Assembly (NCBI RefSeq): GCF_009914755.1
Contig: NC_060934.1
DNA: 64,000 nt
Origin: the human T2T-CHM13v2.0 reference genome, Homo sapiens
Direction: 5' to 3' (one strand)
The notes beneath the pieces were generated by a model. That model did no database searches. It saw only the letters and a program-made list of their open reading frames with translations, and was not told the DNA's origin. This document shows, in pieces, positions 1-11,732 of this stretch. A program made the translations under genes and the position numbers. Positions within the stretch are counted from its first letter, which is position 1. The number at the start of each line of letters is the position of its first letter.

Positions 1-1600
1 ATCCTACTTGACTTCAGCAGATGTTAACACGGTTGTCTACTTCCTTCAGGAGTCTTTGTCCTTCCTTGATCATGATTTTCTTGTTTTTCTTTTTACCTTC
101 CTGACCATCCTCTGCTGCATCTTTGCTTGCTTCTCTTGGGTTGGAGATCTTATACATGTCAGTGTTTCCAGGATGCTCTCTTCATTGTTTCATTTGCTTG
201 CAAAGAGACACATTTCCCCACTCTCATCAATGCTTCCAGTCCCTCTAAAGATTACCAAACCCTATCTCACACCCTACTCTCTCCAGAATTTCAGACACAT
301 ACTTCTCATGCCCCTCGCAACATCTCTACCCTGATATGGCTCTAATACTGCCAGATAGCTCTACTATATACCTCAAAACCCAACTGTCCATAACAGAACA
401 TATTGCCATTCCCCAAATGTAGAAGAACTGCATCTCCTCCTTTCCCCAACTTGGTTAAATGAGTTCTCCTGATTTCTCAGATTATTTTAGTTAACAATAT
501 CGCTATCCATCAAATTGTCTGACCTAGAAATCTCAAATAACTCCAGACTGCCTTTATTCACTGCATCAGTCCCTCTGAACAGCAGGGTCCAGCCGCTCAC
601 ACCCTCTTGGCCCCCTTGTTGAATTTATTACACCTTCAAACCCCTTCCCTAGATGCATCTGCTTTTTCCCTGTTGGCACTTCCTTCAGCCAGGTCCTCCT
701 CTTCTTTTGCCTGGACCAGCTTCCTCTCTGTTTCTCTGCCTTCAGTTTTACTGCCAAAACTTGAGTCAGTCCTTTATGGCTTCTTCTTGTTTCCTAAAAC
801 ACCGGCTAAATGAGGTTATCATTTGGTTAAAAACTTCTGCTGCTGAAGTCGAGAGAATTATTTAAAAAAAATTAAAGCGTAATGACACATTAGTGAGTCA
901 TGATTCCTTGTGAAGTGTGTCACAAAAATTTTGTGGCCAGTAATAAAGAACTGATGTTGATGAGTTATCACCCTCATTTTCTTTTTGAAAATTTGAGGCA
1001 ATTCAAGGTTATCAGTAAAATGATGTCATTCTTACATACTTGCATTCCTAAATGAATAGAAATCAATGGAATGACAACTAATGTGTCAGCTTCTTTAATA
1101 TTTCTTACTGACCATAGTAAGATGCCTTTATAGATCATAAAGAGATATATTGAATGTAAATCATTGTTTTTGCTATGCAGGATTTCATTAAAGATTATTT
1201 GAGATTTGCTCAAAATCAGAATATGCTCACCTGATTTTCTTACATGTGAACAGCATCTACCATAGATCGTTTTGGAAATCAAGATAGACAAAAACTAGTC
1301 TCAATATTATACAAATCCTTTAGCATGACACAGAATGCCTTCTCATAACAAATTTCTGGAACATCTTTCCAAACTCATAGTCATGTACTATCCTAATCTC
1401 TCCACCCATACCCCACACCAATCACTGTTATGCTTACATGCCATAAGATTGTATGCCTTCAAGTCTTTTGGCAAGCCTTCCTTTTGCCAGGCCAATGAAG
1501 GCAGGGAATGCAATTCTAGGCAAATCCAGGAAATCCACTTATCTTGTAAAGTTCTGCTCAAAACTTTTGAAACTCCCTGAACCCTCTCTAACACCTTTTC
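1..1600 (+). mobile_element. Old LINE-2 (L2) 3' portion, interrupted at about 846-1305
   Basis: atcctacttgacttcagcagatgttaacacggttg resembles the L2 RT LLDLSAAFDTV region. L2 3' sequence resumes at about 1311 (aaatcctttagcatg). Confidence 0.65.
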
Positions 1601-3689
1601 ACTGTGGCCAAGAGCATGTTTCTGGGACAAACCTCTTGGCTTCTCTATTGAAAGCTCTAATATTTGGGTCAGATTTTCTAAGCTTCAGTTTCCTCATCAG
1701 CCTAATGTCGATAATAATGCCATCTACCTCATAGAGTTGCTGTAAAGATTTCATAAGATTATTAACCATGCCTAGGGAGTTCTTCTGCAGCTCTTCCTGA
1801 GTTTAGATCTGTTAATATCCGCAACTCCTTCAGACAGTGCTTGGCTCTGCCACGCTCAGCTGGAGTCAACTTCACTTTGCATCTTTCTGAAGCATCTAAT
1901 ACTGTGGAGTAAATTAATTTTCAGTGACTTTGATGTTGTCCCAAGGTAATTCTCTGTGATACTTTCCAGCAGGGAGCCTTTGAAATGTCGTCCCTCTTAT
2001 AATTAATACATTGTACTGTGCTGCACCTATCAACAGATGGATTTATCATTACACATTCAGACTTGACAGAGGTCAGCCATCATCTCTCTCCATGTGTCCT
2101 TGCATACTCCTGGCAAGTTGGTCTCTTTCCCTTTTTTCTTTCCAAGTCTCCCCCGCCCCGATCCCAACCTATCCCCCAGTCTAGCCAGATCCATAGCTTT
2201 CTGGCTGAAAGTAATTATGATATCAGGCTGAAGTTTTGAGGCTTGGAAGGGCTCTACTGTGTTCAGATTTCACTTCTGACTGGAGTCAGTGAGCTACCAC
2301 ATTATCAAACATGTACATATACTCCTTCTAAATAATGGAGGACATAGGAACTGGGCTTCTCCCAATGTCTCTTCTCTCCGCTCCTGAGATTGATTCCCGA
2401 GTTCTGCTCCATTTAAATTCCCTCAAATGTAATTAGGAAAAAAGGTATGGACATTTATCAATATCATCAGCATCTTTACCTTTCATGTCTTACTAGACCT
2501 ATATCATAGTTGAGGAAACTAAGGTTGAGAGTGGTTATCAGTCCAAGTTAATTAGTAGGTGGTACAGCCAGGATCCAATGCAGGCTTACTCTAAAGCTGA
2601 GATTTTAATTCTGATTTTATACCACCTCGGTGTCTCCAGTGAGTGTCTCCTTCAAGGCTATTTTCAGATTCACCACCAGGGAGGTTTCTGGATCAAGTAG
2701 ATCTGAATCAGATATATGTGACAACTTCAGAGAAAGGGAGAAATCCTAGGTTCTTTCTTTGAGAACAGCTTCCCAGCCTGTGATCAAGGAACCTCACATC
2801 ATCTCTTTCAATGGAACCAATGTCCCAGCCCTTTTAAGAACTCTACATGGAAGAGAGGGAGTTCATATTTTCTCTACAAATCACAGGACCCTCCCTTGAT
2901 AGTTAAATAGGATGATCTCAGCAAAGCTGACAAGATGTTTCCATGTTTGTTAAACAAGAACCATTTGTTTAGCTCAGGAGCATCTGTTGAATAAACAAGA
3001 TATCTGATGTGCCATTTGCTCATTGAAAATTAACAAACCCTTTAAAAATGGCAATTTGTCAGGAGTTATATGAAGCAGAATTCATTCTCAGCAAGTGAAC
3101 AAATTGAAACTTCCTTCCCAGGCTTTCTAGAATCCCCCAGAGCCAGTTGTACAGAAAAAGTTTAGTTTAATTTGCCATCATTAAGGAAAATATGCAGACA
3201 GTGATGGGAGAAGAGAAGCAAGTATCCTGCTAGGGAAATTGAAGAGTCCTGGGAGAGGTATTGTCCAGTCCAGTTGGGATGAGCTATTCCCCTTCTGGGC
3301 TGTGTTTCCATTTGGAGAGTGTAGGACTCCTGGAAGGGATCAGCTTTTTCTTCTTTCATCCTGTTTCCAGGAATCATGTGGTATAATAAAACTGTCATCA
3401 GTCAGCATCATTCCTCTCTGTGCCTCCCCATGGGGAGGGAATCAAATGGAGGGTTAATTTACTCCAAGAGTAAAGGCAACAAAGAAAAGCATAAAATGAA
3501 TGAAAGGCTGTCACTACTCTCATGTGATGGAACAGCTATTAGAATCCTGGCTAAAATGAAGTCTGTGTATAGTTCTGTTTTCCTCATGAAGCACACGAGC
3601 TTCCTGGTATTGGTCCATCTTGACCTGCTCCTTGGAGGAGTACAGTGTGCTGGCACCAGGTGGACTAAGCATATTGGGCAGTGAATCTA

Positions 3690-4170
3690 GCATTTAGTAA
3701 GTCCAGATACCGTGCTAAGCACATTGCTGACATCAATTAAATGCTCACAAAGCTCTCGTTTGTTAAATTTTTTTATTTTTATTTTTTGTGGGCTTATAGT
3801 AAGTGTATATATTTATGGGGCACGTGAGATGTTTTGATACAGGCATGCGATGTGAAATAAGCACATTATAGAGAAAAGGGTATCGATCCCGTCAAGCATT
3901 TATCCTTTGAGTTATGTACAATCCAGTTATACTCCTTAAGTTATTTTAAACTTTACAATTAGTTATTATTGACCATAGTCACCCTGTTGTGCTATCAAAT
4001 AGTAGGTCTTATTTATTCTTTCTAACTATTTTTTTGTACCCACAAAGCTCTCTTTTATCCCCATCTATAGATGAGGAAACGAAGGCTTAAGTTTGTGTAA
4101 TTTTTCCAAAGTCACACAGGTAGAAAGACATAGAAATGAGATTTAAACTAATGCAGCTTGAAAGCTCATT
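3690..4170 (-). mobile_element. MIR split by an L1MA insertion
   Basis: MIR core ccccatctatagatgaggaaacgaaggctt...agtcacacag after 4053. The MIR 3' part (gtgctaagcacatt) lies before 3757. Confidence 0.75.
3758..4040 (-). mobile_element. 5'-truncated L1MA (L1MA1-3-like) 3' end with perfect 12-bp TSD
   Basis: Typical L1MA 3'UTR antisense (gagatgttttgatacaggcatg...gtcaccctgttgtgctatcaaatagtaggtc). TSD cacaaagctctc at 3746-3757 and 4041-4052. Confidence 0.88.
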
Positions 4171-4883
4171 GGTTTTATTTTCATGTTGCATCACTTCAGA
4201 TAGCCCTTGAAGATGCAAGGTTCCTGGGTCTCTTGGTGTAAAGACTGAGAAGAGCAGCCTCTGAATTCATGAGCGCTACTTTGGGCAGAAGTATCAGCAT
4301 TTTAAGCAGGATATTACTGAGATTCCTGGGAAGTGCTGGCTGGCTGGAGGTTGATATGCTATTCTTGCTGGGTTGCAATTCAAATTCTTTATTTAGAGAG
4401 AGTTTGGCATGGGAGGTGGTGAGCTCTCGGACTTTATATAAGCGGGTCCCTGTGGGCTCTAATTAGAAGCTAAGGAGTTAGCTGACTCTGGGCTCTGAGC
4501 AACTTGCTGCCTCATCTTCTCACGTTAGCCCTTTTAGCAATTGATCTTGTAAACTTTCTGAATCAGAGAAATTAAAGATGAAAAAGCGCCTATTAAGTGA
4601 TCTTGCCCCAGCCCCAGACTAGGCAGAATGACTCCAAAGAGAGGATTCCTGAGTGTCTAGTTCATTTTAATTTTAATTGTCCCAGAGGGTGTGACTTCTT
4701 GATCTTCCCCTGAGCAGCCCTTCCCAGGCTGATGGATACGAGCATGAGCAGTATCTCACAGGAGGCTAACCGCTCTGTGCCAGGGCTATGCGTGTGCTAT
4801 GCATGCTCATTTTGCCCTGTTTTCCAGGGCCTAGATTTTTTCACATATTGCCACTGGAATGTGCTGGGGCTTAGGAGGAAACC

Positions 4884-4927
4884 TTTTCTTTCTTTCTCTC
4901 TCTCTTTTTTTTTTTTTTTTTTTTTTT
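4884..4927. repeat. (TTTC)/(TC)n plus poly-T tract
   Basis: Seen directly. Confidence 0.9.
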
Positions 4928-5114
4928 GGTGGTGAGGAGGTAGATTAAATAGCCTTGTGTGTAAATAGGATCTGGCAATTTTGCCTGTTTCTCCCCGTAG
5001 CCAGATGATGTGTCTACAGCAGGATTTATGCAGGCAAAATGGGGTTGAGGATACATGACAATAATTGGGATCAAGGACTGATGATCCCTTGGGAAGACCA
5101 CAAACACTGATGGC

Positions 5115-5345
5115 AGGCACGTAGTGAGTACTCCTAAGCCTATGCTAAGGGTGTCACAGTATTATCTGGTTTAACTTTCACCATAACCCTGCGAGGTAAA
5201 TATTGCTGTTATTCCCTCTTCAGAGACAAGGATTCTGAGGCCCAGAGAGGTTGGAAGCATGTCAAGGTCATATAGCTATTGGGTAGTGGGGCCAGGATTT
5301 AAACCCAGTTCTCTCTGTGTGAACTACATACTTTACCCTACTATA
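5115..5345 (-). mobile_element. MIR
   Basis: aaccctgcgaggta...ctgaggcccagagaggtt...caaggtcatatagct...ccaggatttaaacccag. Confidence 0.8.
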
Positions 5346-7489
5346 CGGTGTTACTACCTCATAATAAAATGTACTGAACAAGGTCACACTGAGGAAGACA
5401 GGAAAGGACCAGTGATGATTAATTGGAGCTGGCTGTTGTTCAGATCAGCCAGGTTTAGCTTTCTACACCAGGAAGACTGGGCTTGTGACATGAGCTCTAT
5501 GTGCAGGTTCCAGGTGCGGAGATCTTGCAGGGGGATTTGGATACCTATGTTCACTTAGATTGTGACCCCTTCCAGGCCTAGGCGAAGGGGATATTTCACC
5601 CTTGTTTCTCCTGCTTAGAGAATGACGCTGGACACAGGGTGTTCAGTCTGGTACACACGTAGAGGGTCCAACTGATTAATGCTGGTGTGCTCTGCAGCCC
5701 CACCCAAGATGCCCTTGCTTGTTGCTGAAGATCTTTTTATTTATTCCACTTCTTTCCTTGGGCTGTTTTTGGCTGTGGGCTTGGGCCTTTCCATGAGGCT
5801 ACTGGTAGTTGATTTTAGAGCACAGAATGTTAGGCAGCAAGGGCAGTCCTAAGTGGGGAACTATCTTCAGTTCTGGGGCAGGGAGTGGAGGCATGAGCGT
5901 GGGAGGCATGGGGGTGAGAAGCATGGAGCCACTGGATGTAGAGGTCAGAGGGAAGAGTTCTGCCAGGGGAGCTGGTACCTCGGACTGGGTGGGGGTGTGG
6001 CATCAGAAAAGAATTACTCGTGTCACAGTTTGTTCCCAGGTGGTCCCTAAAGGATTTGTTTGAAGGAACAGGGAACCACAGACGTTTATTTTCTTTCCCT
6101 CAGTGTTTTGTGATTTCAGGATGCAGTTTGATCTGTGTGTGTGTAACTGTCCGAGAAGCCATGAAGTAAAGGGAAGTCTCCTGAGGTTAGGTTGTGGAAT
6201 CATTTCAATCCTCCCACTTTTCCTCTGCTGCCTGAGGAATCTTGGGAAAATCACTTAAACTGTCCTTCAGTAAAGACCTCATTTTCCACATTTTCAACTT
6301 GTGGGAAATACATACTTTATAGGTTACTTCTTCACATTAAATGATATAAAGAAATAAGGTGCCTGCCACAGAGTAGCTCATTCATACATGCCAGGCATTT
6401 TCTTTGCTCTCTTTTTGTCTTGTCCAGACAAGCCTGCACGGTGCATCACCAAATGTGCTGTGGAGCCAAGTCCGTGTGAGCTGTGTTTGAATTGGGAGCT
6501 GTCATTTATCAGCTGCGGTGACTTAGACAAGTCCCTAGCTCATCTGAGTCTCTAGTCTCTCATTGATAAAATGCAGACAAACATAGTACATTCCTTGTCG
6601 GAATTTTGATCATTTGTTCAACAATATAATTGAGTGCCAGTTTCATGCTAGGAGGTGAAGTTATCATGGTGGGCACAGCAGCCAAGATTCCTCCCTTCAA
6701 GAAACGTGTAGTCTAGAGGGGAGGCAGGCAGTATTCAAATCATGAATTCAGTGAGATAACACACACAGAGCATTATGTTGTCGCAGGAACATGTCTCTCA
6801 TAAGATAGTGCACAAATCTCTAGCTATCGTTACATTACCCTTGGGGCTACTATGGTTATTGTCTTCTTCCTGGGGGTCCCCATATGGTTACAACCTCTTC
6901 CCTGTTGTCTTCCCACTTATACTATGAACCAGTAAAGCAGATGCCCATTTTCTACCATTGATTCCAACCTCAGTCTGGGTCTGGGATAGCTGTAAGTAAG
7001 GCTTTCCCAGGAAGTGGGCTGTCAGTGTAGACTCTGGTCAGGTCTGTCTACACCGATATCATGTACCAAAATGCATGCCCCTAGCAGTCCCGAGGCAAAG
7101 ACTAGGAAATTCTGATTTTATTCTCTTCAGAGCTGAGATACAATTAAAAATGTTACCACAGTAATTGGCAACATCCATTAACTTGATGAAAATTGCCCAA
7201 GGCAGCACATTTTTCCCCCTTCTGCACATTATTAGCCTATAAATACACCTGGTTCCTTTTTCTTTCTTCTCCAGAACTTCCACAAAACATCCTCCCATCC
7301 TCCCAAGCTGTCTCCTTAATGCCCTTTGCCTTTTTATAATTAACTCCCCGAATTCCTCCAGCACTTCCAGTCAGTACCACATAATCTTGCATCTAATTAC
7401 ATGTGGCATGGTGGCTCATCTGAGAGGTAGCATGGAAAGCCCACATTACTGAAAGGAGAGCACTGACTCAGTCAGCAGAGCCCAGGGTG

Positions 7490-7650
7490 AGTCTCAGCTC
7501 TGCCTTCGCCTGGCTTAGGATCTTAAGTGACTCAGCTTTCTGAGTTTGCTCATCTGTGGAATGGGAGCAATGATGTCTACCTCCTAAGATGAAGGCTATT
7601 AACATTAGATAATGTGAACATGCTCTGTGAAATACCAAGTGCTGGGAGCT
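7490..7650 (+). mobile_element. MIR
   Basis: cagctctgcc...agtttgctcatctgtggaatggg...tctacctc. Confidence 0.65.
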
Positions 7651-9357
7651 CCTATGCATTGATCCCAGCAGCTCCTTCATCTGCCCATGCCCTCCCTGTT
7701 CCATCCTCTGGTCCCTGCTTAGGGGTAGGTGCAGGTGGGTTCTGGCAGCACAGGGATGTTCACAGAAGCCCTCTCCTAATGGGTGTGGTCCTTGCTGATG
7801 GGGAGTGACACCTTGGGGACCTCACCAGCAGGAAATTCCTTTTCCTTTTAATATACTCTCTTCATTAGTTTCCCTATAAAGAAGGGGGGCGAGAAGGGGT
7901 GGAGCAGAACAGGAGGCTTTCTAACAATCAACAGTGTAACAGCTGTCAGTGCAGAGGGGAAAATCATAATGCCCCCTTCCTCCTGAGCTGTGGAGTCACT
8001 GAACACCAGAGACCACAGAGGGAAGGGATCCCTAGTCTCCTTAAAGCTCCCAGCCCCAGCAACCTCTTCAATTTGCAGAGGAAGAGACTGTACCCAAAGA
8101 GATCAGTAACTTAGTCAAAACTACACAGCTGGTCAGTATGAACGTGGTCAGAATCAAGGTCTTTATACTAGTCCAGTGCTCTTTCCATTACGTTCCAACA
8201 CAAGTTTTTATTAGTCACTTTCTACATAATCAGGAAGTGTGGAAATGAGTGTGTGTGCACATGTGTGCCTGTGTGTCTCTGTATGTTCCATAAAGTGCTT
8301 GGAACCTGGTGTACATGTTCATTAATGTGTTCTTGCATCATTTCATTTCATCATTTCCAAGACCAAATCAGGAAGATTTTTGATTGTTATATCAATTTGA
8401 AGGTTCAGAGAGGTTAACTATAACTTGCCCAAGGTAACACAATTAATAAATGTAGAGTTGAGATTAGAATCTAGGACCTATGATACCAAAGCTCCTCTCT
8501 GAACCACTGGACTATAGAAGAGACGAACTTTTGTCTAAAAATGCACGTGAGTTAGAAATGATGCCCAGTGTGTAAGTGAAATCTCCACAAGTACCCTGTT
8601 ATCCTGAGCTTGAGACTGAGAATTGCAGGGCGGTAAGATTTTTGTTCATTCCTAATTGTTTTCCTTTAAGTCGTCTCTATGGCCTTTATAAACCTGTTTC
8701 TCTCTCAACTTGCATACTCTCCACTTTACCAACCCCACCATCCACCCTGGCCTCCTGACCTTCACATCATCACTGGACTCCATGCTGGGTGCACAGGCAG
8801 CCCTCGGGAAGTACTTGCTTTAGGAGACACAGGGCCAACTGGTGGGCCAGCAGGACGATTTGTGCCTCATGTAGATGTTCCTCTCTTTTATACCCACTTT
8901 TGAAGCCCCAACCCTTTGTGGAACTGTTCGTTGGAGCTATGCTAGGCTGTAACTCACACATATGCTGTAAACAAATGGGTCATGTGGTAGGCTGTGTAAC
9001 AGTTCCCAGAGTGCTTACACACAGTAGGTATTCAGTAGGTATTTGCCAAGCTACTGTTTGTCCTATTCCTAGTAGAGCAGTTGTCCAGCTGTCTTTAGGT
9101 AAATTTTCGTGGATTTTCACTACTTTAACACAATCATAAAATCCCAGGGACCAAATCTCCATTTAAAATGGCTACTGCCAGCATATGACATGGTGGTGGC
9201 TACAGTTCACTGAGATTCTTTAATCAAATTGAATTTCTCTACCCGTGGGGATTGGCCTCTTGACATGCATATGCTTTGCCCTGAAAATATTTCATGTGGC
9301 TGCTGCATTTGGTTCCAGCCATATAGAATGTATAAAGATATCAGATTAAATTAGACC

Positions 9358-9606
9358 ATATAGTTTTCCACCCTTCCTTCTTTCCTAGTAGGAATTGTGT
9401 CATATTTGTGACCCAATATAAACTTATGTGTTTTTATCATGTAAGCAAAAGTTACATGAAAAGTACTTAGTCTACCACATGAGATGCACTCTAATATTTT
9501 CTATTCCAGTCTCTTCTATTTTATGAAACATTATTTGTGTTGTGATTCACTAAGTGTATTTCATGACCCACTAATAAGTCCCAACCCTATGGTTTGAAGA
9601 ACACTA
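9358..9606. mobile_element. hAT-Charlie-type non-autonomous DNA element (subfamily uncertain)
   Basis: Terminal motif catgacccactaataagtcccaacc...gtttgaagaacact followed by atctag, a Charlie-like target. Confidence 0.4.
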
Positions 9607-9714
9607 ATCTAGGCAGTGAACTTTTTAATTTGCTGGGGAAACCAGAAGGATGAAGGGGCAATAACTATCCAGGTGTCATTAAGATCGTGCATATTCTGAG
9701 CAACTTCCTAGGGG

Positions 9715-9758
9715 GTGTATCGGTAATGACTCTCTGGTTGCACGAAACTGACTAAATT

Positions 9759-9803
<45 letters not shown>

Positions 9804-10200
9804 GATGGTATTAGGATCCAAGTAATAAATACATATAGTTAGACTTTAGGCAGAACCCTATCCTAGGACCTCACAGAGTGATCTCTTTTTGTCTCTTGTC
9901 TCTGCTTCGCTCTTCTATCTGGAAGACCAGCTTAAGATATCCAAGACTAATTGCTTCAAGTCTCATGTTATGGTCTCGTAAACCAATCCTAAAGTCTGGG
10001 AAAAGAATTCTTTGATGCAGCTTGGTGTGTGGGTGTAGCCTGATCTACTCAGCTGTTGACAAGAGGCAGGACCTCATGGTACAGACATGGGTGTCAGTGT
10101 CTGCACCTAAAAATCTGTGAATCTGGGGCTAGGGAGCAGTTGACAGAGGCAGGGGGAATATCTATAATTTGGGAGGAAATCTTCCAAAGTGCCCACGAGA
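9715..10200. mobile_element. Old MaLR LTR (MLT1K-N-like) containing an (AC)20 microsatellite
   Basis: ctggttgca...aaactgactaaa start and tctgggaaaagaattctttgatgcagcttgg...cagctgttgacaagaggcaggacctcatggtacagacatgg, typical of late MLT1. Confidence 0.5.
9761..9801. repeat. (AC)20 microsatellite
   Basis: Seen directly. Confidence 0.97.
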
Positions 10201-10659
10201 GAAGCCGTGTTCATTTGAGCTGGATGAGATCCCTGAGTTCTTGCTGCCCTAGCGTTTTCACAGGACGATCACATTTGTCAAGCAAATCACAGATGACTGT
10301 GTTTGACAGCTCCAATATTGCTTTGAGGATAAATGGTGAAAATAGCAGCATAATAATATAAAATGAAGACTTTATTCAGTTAATTGCCTAGAGATTAATT
10401 AAATGAATGAAATCTGTTTCACCATATTATGGGACTCTTTTCAACATTTATCCTAAACATACTGCTGGGGTTATTGTTCCCATTCATGTATTTATTCAGC
10501 TACTTAACAGATATTTAAGAAATGCACAGGGAGGCACGGTGCTAGGCACTAGAAGAAAATGCAATTTAGTCAGATCTAGAGCCTGTCTTTAAGAAGAATG
10601 AAATCAAGAAGGAGACAAAAATCAGGTGTACAAATAACTAAAGGTGGCGTGAGATAGAC

Positions 10660-11135
10660 TATGCTTGAATCCAGGCTCCATCTCTCTTTCTCACTCTGTG
10701 TCAATAGTTACACAACTGGAAATTTCAAAATCTCCATTTCCTCATCTGAAAAAAAAGAAAAAAAGATTATATTACTATCTCAAAGTTTGTTTAAAGATTG
10801 AGGTCATATATCTAAATTAATAGTAAAATTCTTGGTACGTTAAAGGTGTTCTATAAATATTAGTTGCACTTACGATATTTTGAGCACTATCATACTAAGT
10901 GTTACATACTGCAAAGTGTTAACATGTGCCTCTCTTTCTTCCAAATGTTTTACATACATTTAATCAATTAGTTCTCATAAAAACAATGACAAGGGTGCCA
11001 TTATTACCTCCCCATTGTGCCGATGAAAAAATTTGAGGCATAGAAAAGTTAAGCAAATTGCCTAGAATCCCCCAGTGACTGAGTGATGGAGCCAAGACTC
11101 TAACCCAGGGTCTGGCTCTGGAATTTATGCTCTGA
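10660..11135. mobile_element. Two adjacent MIRs in opposite orientation (+ about 10660-10865, - about 10895-11135)
   Basis: ttgaatccaggctcc...catttcctcatctg on +, and cccattgtgccgatgaaaaaatttgaggcatagaaaagttaag...atggagccaag on -. Confidence 0.65.
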
Positions 11136-11199
11136 GCTGCATTAGTGATCTGTGAAAAGGAGCACCTGTTACAGTCTGAGATTGTATCTTGGGCTCTAA

Positions 11200-11585
11200 T
11201 AAATGATTCTCAGCTCTGACTTCACATTCCTATCACCCAAGAGCATCTAAAAGCTATTGATTCCTGGACTTGACTCCTGGTTAATGATTCTCAAAGTGTG
11301 AATCTTGACCATCATCATCATGTCATCTATGTATTTCTTAAAATTCTTGGGCCCCACCCAGACCTCCAGAATCAGAAACTCTGAGGGTGGAGCCCAGCAT
11401 CGGTGTTCCAACAAGCCCACCAGAAGATTCTGATGCTAGCTGCTACAATCAGAATCAGAATGAGAGGACTATTGCTCCAGACCAATTACTCCAGGATTTC
11501 TGGAAGTAGGGCCTATGCATTTGTATTTAATATTTTTGGAAAGTTCCTCAAGTGATACTAATATTCAGCCCGGGTCATGAGCTTT
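11200..11585. mobile_element. MER5A (about 11282-11473) nested inside MER5B
   Basis: MER5A core gggccccacccagacctccagaatcagaaactctgagggtggagcccagca. It is flanked by MER5B halves (aatgattctcagctctgacttcacatt...; ctccagaccaatt...aagttcctcaagtgatactaatattcagcc). Confidence 0.75.
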
Positions 11586-11732
11586 CACAGAAGCTAAATA
11601 TTGAGCTGGGCCATAAGCAGGGAATATGTAGAGTGGACTAGAATGAATATTTCAGGTGGAAAGGCAGCTTGAACAAAGACATAAAGGAGGAGAAAGTTTG
11701 TGATGTGAATTGGGGAAATATCTTGAGATACG

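Noticed and set aside
5875-6000. G-rich patch as a G-quadruplex
   Set aside because: The G-runs are separated by long loops and do not fit the canonical four-tract short-loop pattern.
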